The position numbers were made by a program, and so were the translations under genes. The notes below the pieces were generated by a model. That model was not told the DNA's origin. It searched no databases and saw only the letters and a program-made list of their open reading frames with translations. From NCBI GenBank assembly GCA_044359535.1, contig JBIKLZ010000003.1, positions 1-64,000 of the forward strand: DNA of 64,000 nucleotides. The letters are read 5' to 3'. This document shows, one piece after another, positions 19,929 through 28,765 of the stretch. Each line of letters begins with the position of its first letter. Within the stretch, counting starts at the first letter, position 1. The stretch is from Chlamydiia bacterium. GTDB taxonomy: Bacteria; Chlamydiota; Chlamydiia; Chlamydiales; 2-12-FULL-49-11.

Positions 19929-21683
19929 CTATTGAATATATATTTCCCAATAACTTTCTTTTTTGAACAGAAAGTCCCAATTATTAAAAGGATAGGATAA
20001 AGATCCATCAAATAAAACTAAAGAAAAAATTGAAGATGGGTCGATGATAAAGGCTAAAAAGAATCCTCCCCAATTAGTATCGGCAAAAACAATAGGTTCA
20101 TTTATAGGAAAATGATCCCGCATATAGGAGTAGGTATTACCTACATCCATCCACCCCTTTTTAAACATTTCCATTCCAGGGAGAAAATTACAAGCATGGA
20201 TCTCATTGGTGAGAATAAACCCTTTAAAGGGGTCTTTATCAAATGCAGATATCTCAATATCTTTTGCATCCTTCATCCATTCAATAAGTGAATAACACAA
20301 ATCTTTAGGGGTTTGAGCGCTTATTTTTTCTTTCCTTAATGGGGTTGTTGAGCAATAGTAGGATTTAATAAGCGATTCAATATTTCCTCCACTAATATAG
20401 GCATAAGGAGAGGTGTTTCCTTCTCTTTTTAAATAGGTTTGATGCATGCTATGAACCCTTTGCTTTTGCTCTTCTATGAATTCTTTTGTATCAATTGCAA
20501 GAAGGATCTCTGAAACAATGGTTTCGATCACCTTTTCAAGACCCTCCCCCCTTTTTAAATTGATCAAAATGGTTTCAGTAAGGACAATAAACTCCCTAAT
20601 CGCGGCAATATACTCTTGATCTGTATAAATATAGGTCCACACCCTTGAGTCGCTTCTCCCATGTTTATAGACAAGGCGAAATCCCGCAGCTTGATCTTCA
20701 AAAGGATTGTCTCCTGCAGCCATTTCTGGGTCGTATAGCTCCTGAAAATAATGTGGAAATAATTCCCCATACTGCTCTATAAAAAAAGGATATAACGACG
20801 CAAACGCTTTATTTTTTTTCCCCCCCTCTTCATAGTCAGTAATTTTTCGATCTAAATACAACTGTTTGATTTTTGCTGATTGTTTAATACTGTTCATTCG
20901 ATCGATAGAAGATGCTGCCTTAAAGGCGGCGTCATCAAAATCTAAACTCTGTTCTAAAAACTCAATATCGCTAATAAGATCCTTTTGTTCCTCGTTTTTT
21001 TCTTTAACTTTCTTTTCAATGATCCCATAAATCACTTTACCAAGACCCCCTGTCGCTGTATTGTCTAATCCAAGGGCAGAAAAAAAGTTCCACCTAGAAA
21101 ATCCTACTTGGACATCAGCTAGCGCTGCCACTGTATACTCATAGGATTTCATTAGTGGGCTAGCAATAAAAACCCCTTCTGTTTGAACCCTTCCTGTTTT
21201 TATGCATTGGGGGATCCTTACCTCCTTTTGATCAATAACCCTTGTAAGAACTTTTTTCATAGAGGTTTTATAAAGATCATTAAAAAGGGTTGCAAGGTCG
21301 GTTTTTTGAAGATGGATTAAAAAGGCTGTTGCAAAACAAGAGCCAATTGTTTGCCTTAATGGGACAAGGAGCGCTACTTTTAACGCAATTAACCGATCCA
21401 AAGATTCTTCCTCTGCACACACCCTTTTAAAGGGCTCATTTTCTAAAAAAAAGTGGAGCGTTTCAATCATATGGAAATGAAAAAACTCTCCTAATATCCC
21501 TTCAATAGGGGGTGGTAATTGGGATAAAAAAGCCTTAATTTTATTGTCATCGGTTAATAGTGTTGCAATAATAGAGGCCCTTGAATAGATCTTTGCCATC
21601 CTTTGATCGCTTTTATCTCTAATCTTGCAAAGCTCTTTCTCTTGTGCTAATATTATTTCTATCATCATTTTCAAGGGATTCAA
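19929..21683 (-). CDS. Large hypothetical protein, candidate papain-fold Cys enzyme
   Basis: 584-aa ORF (start may be ATG 21668/21665); motifs LRQTIGSCFATA, GFRLVYKHGR, HACN, FADTNWG; resembles, from memory, a conserved chlamydial hypothetical. Confidence 0.75.
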   Translation of the reverse strand: MNPLKMMIEIILAQEKELCKIRDKSDQRMAKIYSRASIIATLLTDDNKIKAFLSQLPPPIEGILGEFFHFHMIETLHFFLENEPFKRVCAEEESLDRLIALKVALLVPLRQTIGSCFATAFLIHLQKTDLATLFNDLYKTSMKKVLTRVIDQKEVRIPQCIKTGRVQTEGVFIASPLMKSYEYTVAALADVQVGFSRWNFFSALGLDNTATGGLGKVIYGIIEKKVKEKNEEQKDLISDIEFLEQSLDFDDAAFKAASSIDRMNSIKQSAKIKQLYLDRKITDYEEGGKKNKAFASLYPFFIEQYGELFPHYFQELYDPEMAAGDNPFEDQAAGFRLVYKHGRSDSRVWTYIYTDQEYIAAIREFIVLTETILINLKRGEGLEKVIETIVSEILLAIDTKEFIEEQKQRVHSMHQTYLKREGNTSPYAYISGGNIESLIKSYYCSTTPLRKEKISAQTPKDLCYSLIEWMKDAKDIEISAFDKDPFKGFILTNEIHACNFLPGMEMFKKGWMDVGNTYSYMRDHFPINEPIVFADTNWGGFFLAFIIDPSSIFSLVLFDGSLSYPFNNWDFLFKKESYWEIYIQ

Positions 21684-21688
21684 TTAAA

Positions 21689-23593
21689 ATGTCTACTTCA
21701 TACAACGAAAAAGAATTAATAATCAAAGAAAAAACTACCGGCAATGCACTTATTGCTTCATTAGGGTACACAGATCCTCATAAAGGGGTGACTATTTCTA
21801 TAAATGGAGTTTTAAAAGATCTTTCTGATGACATTTACCCCGATGATAAGGTCAAGATCTATGATTTTGAGGATAAAGAGGGCAAAGAGGTTTTTTGGCA
21901 TACTTCAGCCCACGTTTTAGCTCAAGCTGTTTTAAGGCTTTTTCCTCATGCCCTTCCAACCATTGGTCCAGTAATTGAAGGGGGATTTTACTATGATTTT
22001 GCCCACCTAAATATCTCAAGCGATGATTTTAAAGCCCTTGAAAATGAGATCAAAAACATCTTGAAAGAAAATTACTCTACAGAAAAAGTGCTCTTTGCAA
22101 CAAAACAAGAGGCCCTTGCTGCATTTGGCTCTAATCCCTTTAAAAAAGAAATCATTCAATTTCTCCCCGACAATGAGCCAATTACGGCTTATAGACAGGG
22201 AGAATTTTTTGATCTTTGCAGAGGCCCTCACCTAGCAAAAATAGGAAAAATAAAAGCCTTTAAGATCATGAAGTGTTCGGCAGCTTACTTTAGGGGCGAC
22301 CAAGAAAGAGAGTCGTTAACAAGGATTTATGGGGTATCGTTTCCTGATAAAGGGATGTTACAAGACCATTTAACCCTTTTAGAAGAGGCAAAAAAAAGAG
22401 ATCACAGGGTCATTGGACAAAACCTCTCCCTATTTTCTTTTTCAGAATTTGCCCCTGGGATGCCTATTATAGAGCCCAATGGAATGGTCATTTGGAATGA
22501 GCTTTTAAAACATTGGCGAGCCCTTCATGATGCCGATGAGTATGTAGAAATTAAAACCCCTGCCATGATGGATAAAGGGCTTTGGGAATTGTCAGGCCAT
22601 TTTGCCAATTACAAAGAAAATATGTACCTTTCAGAAATTGATAAGGGTACGTACGCGATTAAACCGATGAACTGCCCAGCGTGCATGGTTTTTTATAAAT
22701 CTAAAAAACATAGCTATCGAGAACTTCCGATGAAAGTCGGGGAAATTGGAAATGTCCATAGACATGAGCTGTCTGGCTCATTATCGGGATTATTAAGGGT
22801 TCGGAGCTTTCATCAAGATGATGCCCATATTTTTATGAGAGCCGATCAAATCGAGGGGCAAATTTTAGAGGTATTACAGCTCACTGAGCGTTTATATGCC
22901 CCTTTTGGTCTTAACTACCATTTAGAGCTTTCGACCCGTCCTAAAACTAAAACTATTGGGACAGATAAAGACTGGGAAACATCAACCCTTGCCCTAAAAA
23001 ATGCTTTAATTTCTTATGGAAAGGGATTTTTAATCAACGAAGGCGATGGCGCATTTTATGGCCCAAAAATTGATATCCATGTTAAAGACGCTATCGGCAG
23101 GAGCTGGCAATGCGGAACTATTCAATTGGATATGTCCCTTCCTGAAAGATTTGAACTTACCTACACCGATGAACATGGGGAACAAGTGCGCCCTATTATG
23201 ATCCATCGCGCTCTTTATGGATCTATTGAGCGCTTCTTTGCTATTTTAATTGAACACTACAAAGGGCGCTTCCCTTTATGGCTTTCTCCCAAACAAATTG
23301 CCCTTTTACCGGTTGCAGACCGTCATGTAGAGTACTGTAAAGAGATAAAAAAAGCGCTATCTTCCCAAGGCTTTAGAGTTCATATTGATGATTCTCATGA
23401 ATCGATAAGTAAAAAAATAAGAAATAGCCAAATGGAACAAGTGAATAAAATGGTGATTATTGGCGATCAAGAAGTTTCTTCAAAAACCCTTACATGTAGG
23501 GATAGAAATACACAAGAGGTGGAAGAAAAGCTCCTTCTTCAACCTTTTATTGAGATGTTAAAGAAGCTACGAGATGAAAAAAGGGAGTGTTAA
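21689..23593 (+). CDS. thrS: Threonine--tRNA ligase
   Basis: FWHTSAHVLAQAV, DLCRGPH, KPMNCP, LLRVRSFHQDDAH, AFYGPKID, QCGTIQLD, MIHRA. Confidence 0.98.
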   Translation: MSTSYNEKELIIKEKTTGNALIASLGYTDPHKGVTISINGVLKDLSDDIYPDDKVKIYDFEDKEGKEVFWHTSAHVLAQAVLRLFPHALPTIGPVIEGGFYYDFAHLNISSDDFKALENEIKNILKENYSTEKVLFATKQEALAAFGSNPFKKEIIQFLPDNEPITAYRQGEFFDLCRGPHLAKIGKIKAFKIMKCSAAYFRGDQERESLTRIYGVSFPDKGMLQDHLTLLEEAKKRDHRVIGQNLSLFSFSEFAPGMPIIEPNGMVIWNELLKHWRALHDADEYVEIKTPAMMDKGLWELSGHFANYKENMYLSEIDKGTYAIKPMNCPACMVFYKSKKHSYRELPMKVGEIGNVHRHELSGSLSGLLRVRSFHQDDAHIFMRADQIEGQILEVLQLTERLYAPFGLNYHLELSTRPKTKTIGTDKDWETSTLALKNALISYGKGFLINEGDGAFYGPKIDIHVKDAIGRSWQCGTIQLDMSLPERFELTYTDEHGEQVRPIMIHRALYGSIERFFAILIEHYKGRFPLWLSPKQIALLPVADRHVEYCKEIKKALSSQGFRVHIDDSHESISKKIRNSQMEQVNKMVIIGDQEVSSKTLTCRDRNTQEVEEKLLLQPFIEMLKKLRDEKREC

Positions 23594-24321
23594 GCTTCCC
23601 ACAACTCTTTAGAAAACTTTTTTAATTGATGATCAATGGCTTTAAGATTTTCATATGAAAAAGTGTTTTTATAGACATGCACCGCTTCCATTGCCGCTTC
23701 AATAAGATACAGAACTTGACTTGCTGAGCTTTCCTTTCTTTTTTGGCGTCTATCCTTTCTTTCTAAAGGAAAAGCCTTTCTAATGGCTTTTAAATAGGTT
23801 TCTTTTGCTTCCCCATCATAACTGTCTATGACCTTTTGTTTATCCTCATCACTGCAATTTCTTGAGGCGATGGTATAGACAATTTGCTTAGGCATCGATA
23901 GTACTTTTTCTTGTAAGGCACTATTTAAAGAAGCGTAAAAAAGGTAGTACTTTAAAAAATTATAAGGGGTTTGACGGTTTCCATAGACTTGTTTAAGCCA
24001 TGAAGAAAAGGCCCCCTCTTTATACGATTTGAAAAGGATTGAGGCTTTATAAATCCTTTCCCCATGAAGGAGGACCGATTGATGGTGAATAGCTTTTATT
24101 TGGGCTGTTAATCCGACTAATAAGGAATAATCCTCGCTTATATTTACAGAATTGATCTGATGATCAAGGAGTAGATCTTTTAAAGCAACCGATTCTCCTT
24201 GGGATAAAGAGCCCTTTTTAGAATCAATTGCAACCTCATCTAAACCCTTATACTCAGAATCTTTTTCCTCAAGACGCTCTTTTCCTGCAATAGATCGCCT
24301 AATTTTTTCAGATAATTTCAT
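23590..24321 (-). CDS. CT583 / virulence-plasmid Pgp6-D family protein
   Basis: QIKAIHHQSVLLHGERI, AFSSWL..VYGNRQTPYNFL.YY, MPKQ.VY.IASR, IRKAFPL match the Pgp6 family pattern. Confidence 0.88.
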   Translation of the reverse strand: MKLSEKIRRSIAGKERLEEKDSEYKGLDEVAIDSKKGSLSQGESVALKDLLLDHQINSVNISEDYSLLVGLTAQIKAIHHQSVLLHGERIYKASILFKSYKEGAFSSWLKQVYGNRQTPYNFLKYYLFYASLNSALQEKVLSMPKQIVYTIASRNCSDEDKQKVIDSYDGEAKETYLKAIRKAFPLERKDRRQKRKESSASQVLYLIEAAMEAVHVYKNTFSYENLKAIDHQLKKFSKELWEA

Positions 24322-24404
24322 CTCTTACTCCCCTAATAACAAGATATCGTCACAAGGATCCCTTATCTCATATTTTTTTTATGACAGCAAGAAACTTTTT
24401 TAGT

Positions 24405-25070
24405 TTATGTGGTTCGAATTTCTTTAAGCTCTTTAGAAGTGAGGCCATCAACTAAACAAGAAACCACCTCGCCATCGACAATTTTCCCCAATAGTCGTGA
24501 TGCTTGGTAGTGAACAACCACACTTTCTGGATCCAAAGCAGCTTGTTCCTCATTATCGACAATTTTGACATAGGAGGCAGGGAGCCTTTTCATTTCAACA
24601 ATTGTTGGGTAGTGGAGAATCACTTTTCTAAGACAAACTTGATCATAGACTGCCCCCCCCTTTTCAAGTTGCTTGTGGCACTCTTTTTCCCAGATGGTTA
24701 AAAGTTTTTTAGCCGATGCTGTGTTGTTAAAAAACATTGTCCCACTTAAAATCTTAGAAGGGTCATCAATAGGGACATAATCATTTACCCTTAAAGCACA
24801 ATCTGCCTTGCACTCAAGAAGGAGGGTGGGGGTTTTTAAAATAACACTATCGACATCTGTCCAAATAAGGGGACGTTGATGCTCTTCTAATTTTTTCAAA
24901 AGAAAGGTGGGTTTATAACAGCAATTTTTTTCCCAAGACCCTAAATTTGGGACTTCGGTGATTTCATACTCAAGGTCTAAGGCTTTGCATGAAGCGATTA
25001 AATCCTCTGCTTCCCTTTTATATAAAGTGTCTTTTGTGTAATAACTAACGATTAATGGTTTTGTGTTCAA
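24405..25070 (-). CDS. Putative nucleotide-diphospho-sugar glycosyltransferase (GT-A)
   Basis: SYYT..T.Y, W..NC.YKP.FL, DxD motif WTDVD, SGTMFF, YDQ..L, HYQASR; TTG start with GGAG RBS. Confidence 0.75.
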   Translation of the reverse strand: MNTKPLIVSYYTKDTLYKREAEDLIASCKALDLEYEITEVPNLGSWEKNCCYKPTFLLKKLEEHQRPLIWTDVDSVILKTPTLLLECKADCALRVNDYVPIDDPSKILSGTMFFNNTASAKKLLTIWEKECHKQLEKGGAVYDQVCLRKVILHYPTIVEMKRLPASYVKIVDNEEQAALDPESVVVHYQASRLLGKIVDGEVVSCLVDGLTSKELKEIRTT

Positions 25071-25219
25071 TTGTAGGCTCCTTTTTGGGATCTCTATAGA
25101 AAAATTTATGATTCAATAAAAAAATGGCAGTATACACAACTTAAGAAACTTTTGGCAAGCTATTGCTTTAAATGTTTGCACATTCTTTATCAAAAGGATC
25201 TTCCATCACAGCACGAAGC

Positions 25220-25252
25220 CTTGCCATCTCTTTCTGGTAAAGGGATGGCAAG
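25220..25252 (+). other. 14-bp hairpin with one G-U pair in a 390-bp intergenic region
   Basis: CTTGCCATCTCTTT-CTGGT-AAAGGGATGGCAAG. Confidence 0.6.
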
Positions 25253-25459
25253 AGAAGCCTTAATATTTCTCCACAAAAATTTTTTTTCCGCTATGATTGC
25301 CCTTTTTGAAAATTTCTTTGGCAAAAGAGGAAAATTCCACATAAAACCTCCCTTATTTGATGCAAAAAAGGAGAGCTTCTCTTTAGAAATAGGGTGGATG
25401 GTCACATTCTCCTAAAAAAAGAGTTTTACCCCACTTAAAAGTGGCTTTGTAAACCCGCT

Positions 25460-26287
25460 TTACATTTTTTCACACTCTTTACAAGGGTACTGTTCGCAAG
25501 AATATTTATGCATAATATATTTTGCCCCTATTTCCCTTGGATACCAATCATAATAGTAGATTTCCCCATTTTTAATTGGAATATGTTCCCAACATGGTTG
25601 GATTTGAGTGAAATAGAGTGCAATATAACTTTGATCAGAAGAACCACTTTTATAAGTGTTTTTCAATTTAATAAGTTTATTAACAATTTTTCTATTGATA
25701 ATATTTGTATCATATAACATCATCGTTGTTTGAAAATAATCCCCACTTAAGTCAAACTTCGTTTTTATATTTTGATTATCTCTTATCCCAGGAAATTGAT
25801 CCTCTAAAGTCCACACATAGTTAGGATATGCATTTGAGAGAGCCACTAATTTATCCCTTTTTCTTAACTCTAAAATAGGGCTAATATCCTGGTGAATTTT
25901 CATTCCGCAATCTATGTATAAAATATATTGCCACCTCTTGAAATAGGGGTCAAACAAATAAAATTTTTGTATTTGCCCATTAAGCTTGTCCCTTGAATAG
26001 GCATAGCTGTATTCTATTTCATCTACTTTAATTTCAGGAAATTGGATAAGCTCTAACTCCTCTGTAGTGTATTTTTCCCTTACCCTTTCCTTGGTTAAAC
26101 TTCCTGCGACCACTAAACAGACCTCCCCACTATAGCGCCCCTCATTTCGTAACATTTTATAGGTTTCTTGAAATCGATCGTAGTACTTTTCATCAGTCAA
26201 CAAAACGACACATATTTTTTCTTCACCCCTTAGTTGATAATGCATCGCAAGTAAAAAACTCACTACACACACAAGAATGTTCTTCAT
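25460..26287 (-). CDS. GT8-like glycosyltransferase with N-terminal signal/anchor, low GC
   Basis: K.YLFD.YFK.W.YILYIDCG, YFQTTMMLYD, SDQSYIALYF, HKY. Confidence 0.7.
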   Translation of the reverse strand: MKNILVCVVSFLLAMHYQLRGEEKICVVLLTDEKYYDRFQETYKMLRNEGRYSGEVCLVVAGSLTKERVREKYTTEELELIQFPEIKVDEIEYSYAYSRDKLNGQIQKFYLFDPYFKRWQYILYIDCGMKIHQDISPILELRKRDKLVALSNAYPNYVWTLEDQFPGIRDNQNIKTKFDLSGDYFQTTMMLYDTNIINRKIVNKLIKLKNTYKSGSSDQSYIALYFTQIQPCWEHIPIKNGEIYYYDWYPREIGAKYIMHKYSCEQYPCKECEKM

Positions 26288-26945
26288 TTTTCCCCCATTG
26301 TACGTTTTTTCCTTTTTGGTTTAAAAATCTATTTGCAAGAGAAAAATGTTTGCATCCGAAAAAATTTCTTGCTGAAAGAGGGGATGGATGGGCCCCTTTA
26401 AGGATCAAATGGTCCCTTTTTTTTGCAAAAAGGGCTTCTTTTTGTAGTGCTTTTTTCCCCCATAAAAAAAACACCTTCTCCCTTTTATCCTCCCATAGAT
26501 GTGTCAATACTGCATCAGTAAAGATTTCCCAACCCCTTTTTTGATGCGATAAAGGGCGCCCCTCCTCTACAGTAAGGAGGGTGTTTAATAAAAAAACCCC
26601 TTCTTGCCACAGATCTTGAAGCAACCTTGGCTCCTGCTGAACATCGTCTTGCATTTCTTTATAAATGTTTTTTAGTGACGGGGGATACTTTTGCCCTTCA
26701 TTTACAGCAAAGGCAAACCCATTTGCTTTTCCATAGGTTGGATAAGGGTCTTGCCCCACAATTACCACATTTATTTTTTCAATTGAAAGGAGTTTAAAAG
26801 GGGCAAACACCTTTTCCTCCTCTGGAAAAATCCTTTTTGTCTCCCTTTCTTTTTTCAAAAAAGTCTCTAACTCCTTAAAATAGGGTTTTTGCATTTGTGT
26901 TCTTAGAACTTTTTCCCACGAAGATTCAAATTGTTTATATTTCAT
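26223..26945 (-). CDS. ung: Uracil-DNA glycosylase (family 1)
   Basis: GQDPY, PPSLKNI, LLNTLLTV, SH..GWE.FTD, HPSPLS. Confidence 0.96.
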   Translation of the reverse strand: MKYKQFESSWEKVLRTQMQKPYFKELETFLKKERETKRIFPEEEKVFAPFKLLSIEKINVVIVGQDPYPTYGKANGFAFAVNEGQKYPPSLKNIYKEMQDDVQQEPRLLQDLWQEGVFLLNTLLTVEEGRPLSHQKRGWEIFTDAVLTHLWEDKREKVFFLWGKKALQKEALFAKKRDHLILKGAHPSPLSARNFFGCKHFSLANRFLNQKGKNVQWGKNEEHSCVCSEFFTCDALSTKG

Positions 26946-27273
26946 ACTCTTTTCTAGTATTTAGAAGATCTTTATTTTTGTCAAACTCGTTCTTTTACAC
27001 GAAAACCCTTTACCAGTCTGCATTCACAAAAAATCCCCCCTCCTCAAAAAAAATGATTTTGGATTGTGTGAAAGTTGTTGATAACTTGTCTATAATTCTC
27101 TCAAAACTTTTCCTTTGTTTAAAAAGGGGGCTTTTTAAACAGGTTTTGTTCATCTTATAAACACCCCTTTTCTCTATGGAAAAGTTTGGTTTTAAACAAA
27201 TCCACACCCTCTGAAGAAGAAGAAAAATATAAAAGTACTATATTCTTTCTCTTTTTTTGTGGATACTGTGTTT
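26946..27273. other. oriC: Probable chromosomal replication origin oriC
   Basis: Visual C-rich to G-rich switch of the + strand; DnaA-box-like 9-mers at 27065, 27076, 27087 (11-bp phased), 27155, 27175, 27198, 27258; 11-bp inverted repeat at 27116-27141; AT-rich tract at 27213-27258. Confidence 0.7.
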
Positions 27274-27924
27274 ATGTTATACGAAAAATGCCCCCTTTTC
27301 CTCTTTTCTTTATTTTCTGCCCAAGAGGAGAGGTTAAAAAATGCTATTTTAGCTTCTATAGCTCCGTGGGAGTTAAGGGAGCGGTTATTAAACCCTTTTT
27401 TGGGTAAAAAGAAGTGTGATCTTTCCTCTTTTTCCAATGTTCATTTTATTAATTCTGACTCTATTTATATAGAAGAGGGGGTATCTATTGCCCCTGGAGC
27501 TTTAATAGAAGGGCCGTGCTACATAGGAGAACATGTTTCAATTGGTCATTGTGCCTACATTCGAAAGGGGACTTTTTTAGCAAAAAATGTCCACATTGGT
27601 CATTGTAGTGAGATTTCTCGCTCTCTTTTTCTTCAAGGGGCTAAAGCCCCTCACTTTAATTATGTGGGGGATTCTGTTATTGGGGAAAATGTCAATTTAG
27701 GGGCTCATGCTACCTTAGCGAATTTAAGATTGGATAAAAAACCGATTAAACTTCATTTTGAAGGTACGACAATAGCTACAGAGAGAATTAAAATGGGCTC
27801 TTTTGTGGGGGATAACGCTTCTATAGCTTGTGGTGTTGTTCTAAATCCAGGGACAATTGTTCCAAAAAAGAGTCTTATTTACCCCCAACAAACAACATAT
27901 GGACTCTTTCATGGGCAAACATAG
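27274..27924 (+). CDS. GlmU-like hexapeptide-repeat acetyltransferase (left-handed beta-helix domain only)
   Basis: IEGPCYIG, AYIR, IGHCSEI, APHFNYVGDSVIG..VNLGA, GVVLNPGT. Confidence 0.85.
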   Translation: MLYEKCPLFLFSLFSAQEERLKNAILASIAPWELRERLLNPFLGKKKCDLSSFSNVHFINSDSIYIEEGVSIAPGALIEGPCYIGEHVSIGHCAYIRKGTFLAKNVHIGHCSEISRSLFLQGAKAPHFNYVGDSVIGENVNLGAHATLANLRLDKKPIKLHFEGTTIATERIKMGSFVGDNASIACGVVLNPGTIVPKKSLIYPQQTTYGLFHGQT

Positions 27925-28765
27925 GCAAACACTTCTTGTTTTCCACAAAGAGGTCAACAATGAAATTCAAAATTACTTACGCTCAATAAGCAACTCACCC
28001 CTTTATCCTCCAATTGCCTATGCTTTATCCACAAAAGGGAAAAGACTTCGCCCCATCCTTACAAAAATGATGGCTCAAGCTCTTGGGAAGGGGTATGATG
28101 TTAATAGATGTGCGTTAGCTATTGAACTTTTTCATACGGCCTCTTTAATTGCCGATGACCTTCCTTGTATGGATAATGATGACTTTCGAAGAGAGCAACC
28201 CTCTCTTCATAAAAAATTTAATGAGGCAACAGCCTTACTTTCTAGCTACTGCTTATTAACAGAAGGGTTTTCTGAAATTGAAAAAAGTGGGGTTGTTTAT
28301 CATCAAAGAGGGTATGGAACAGAGATTGATGGGCAAAAAAGGGTTTGTTTGGCTTTAAAGGAGACAGCAAGGCTATCTGGACCCAAAGGGGCTGCTTTAG
28401 GGCAATATTTTGATATAGAGCAAAAAAAGACCCAATCCTTAGAAGAGTTTGAAGAGCTCTATTATCTAAAAACAGGGACCTTATTCCAAGGGGCCTTTAC
28501 CTTGGGGTATATTTTTGGTGGTGGCGATCTAAAAAATCTTTCATTAATAGAAAAGCTCTCTTTTCATTTAGGTTTTGCTTTTCAAATACGGGATGATCTT
28601 GAGGATATGGGGGAAAAACAAATGAGTTTTTCCAAAAGATTTGGAGAACAAGAGTCCAAAAGAAGGTGTGACAGTGAGCTCAAGGATTTTTTTATAACCC
28701 TTGAGCAGCTTGATGTTGACAAGGCTCTTTTTATAGAGCTTGTGGAGTTTGTTTTTCCGAAATAG
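27911..28765 (+). CDS. ispA: Polyprenyl (farnesyl/geranylgeranyl) diphosphate synthase
   Basis: [49 protein letters not shown]. Confidence 0.92.
   Translation: MGKHRQTLLVFHKEVNNEIQNYLRSISNSPLYPPIAYALSTKGKRLRPILTKMMAQALGKGYDVNRCALAIELFHTASLIADDLPCMDNDDFRREQPSLHKKFNEATALLSSYCLLTEGFSEIEKSGVVYHQRGYGTEIDGQKRVCLALKETARLSGPKGAALGQYFDIEQKKTQSLEEFEELYYLKTGTLFQGAFTLGYIFGGGDLKNLSLIEKLSFHLGFAFQIRDDLEDMGEKQMSFSKRFGEQESKRRCDSELKDFFITLEQLDVDKALFIELVEFVFPK

Noticed and set aside
25153-25167. Sigma54-like element TGGCAAGCTATTGCT
   Set aside because: GG-to-GC spacing is one base shorter than the strict -24/-12 requirement
25152-25415. 87-aa and 71-aa ORFs on opposite strands in the large spacer
   Set aside because: No motif or clear RBS and they fully overlap each other; coding cannot be supported
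26897-27437. Short ORFs across the ung/glmU-like spacer (26897..27160, 27010..27207, 27186..27407, 27192..27437)
   Set aside because: Low-complexity, mutually overlapping, non-ATG or weak starts; better explained as origin DNA
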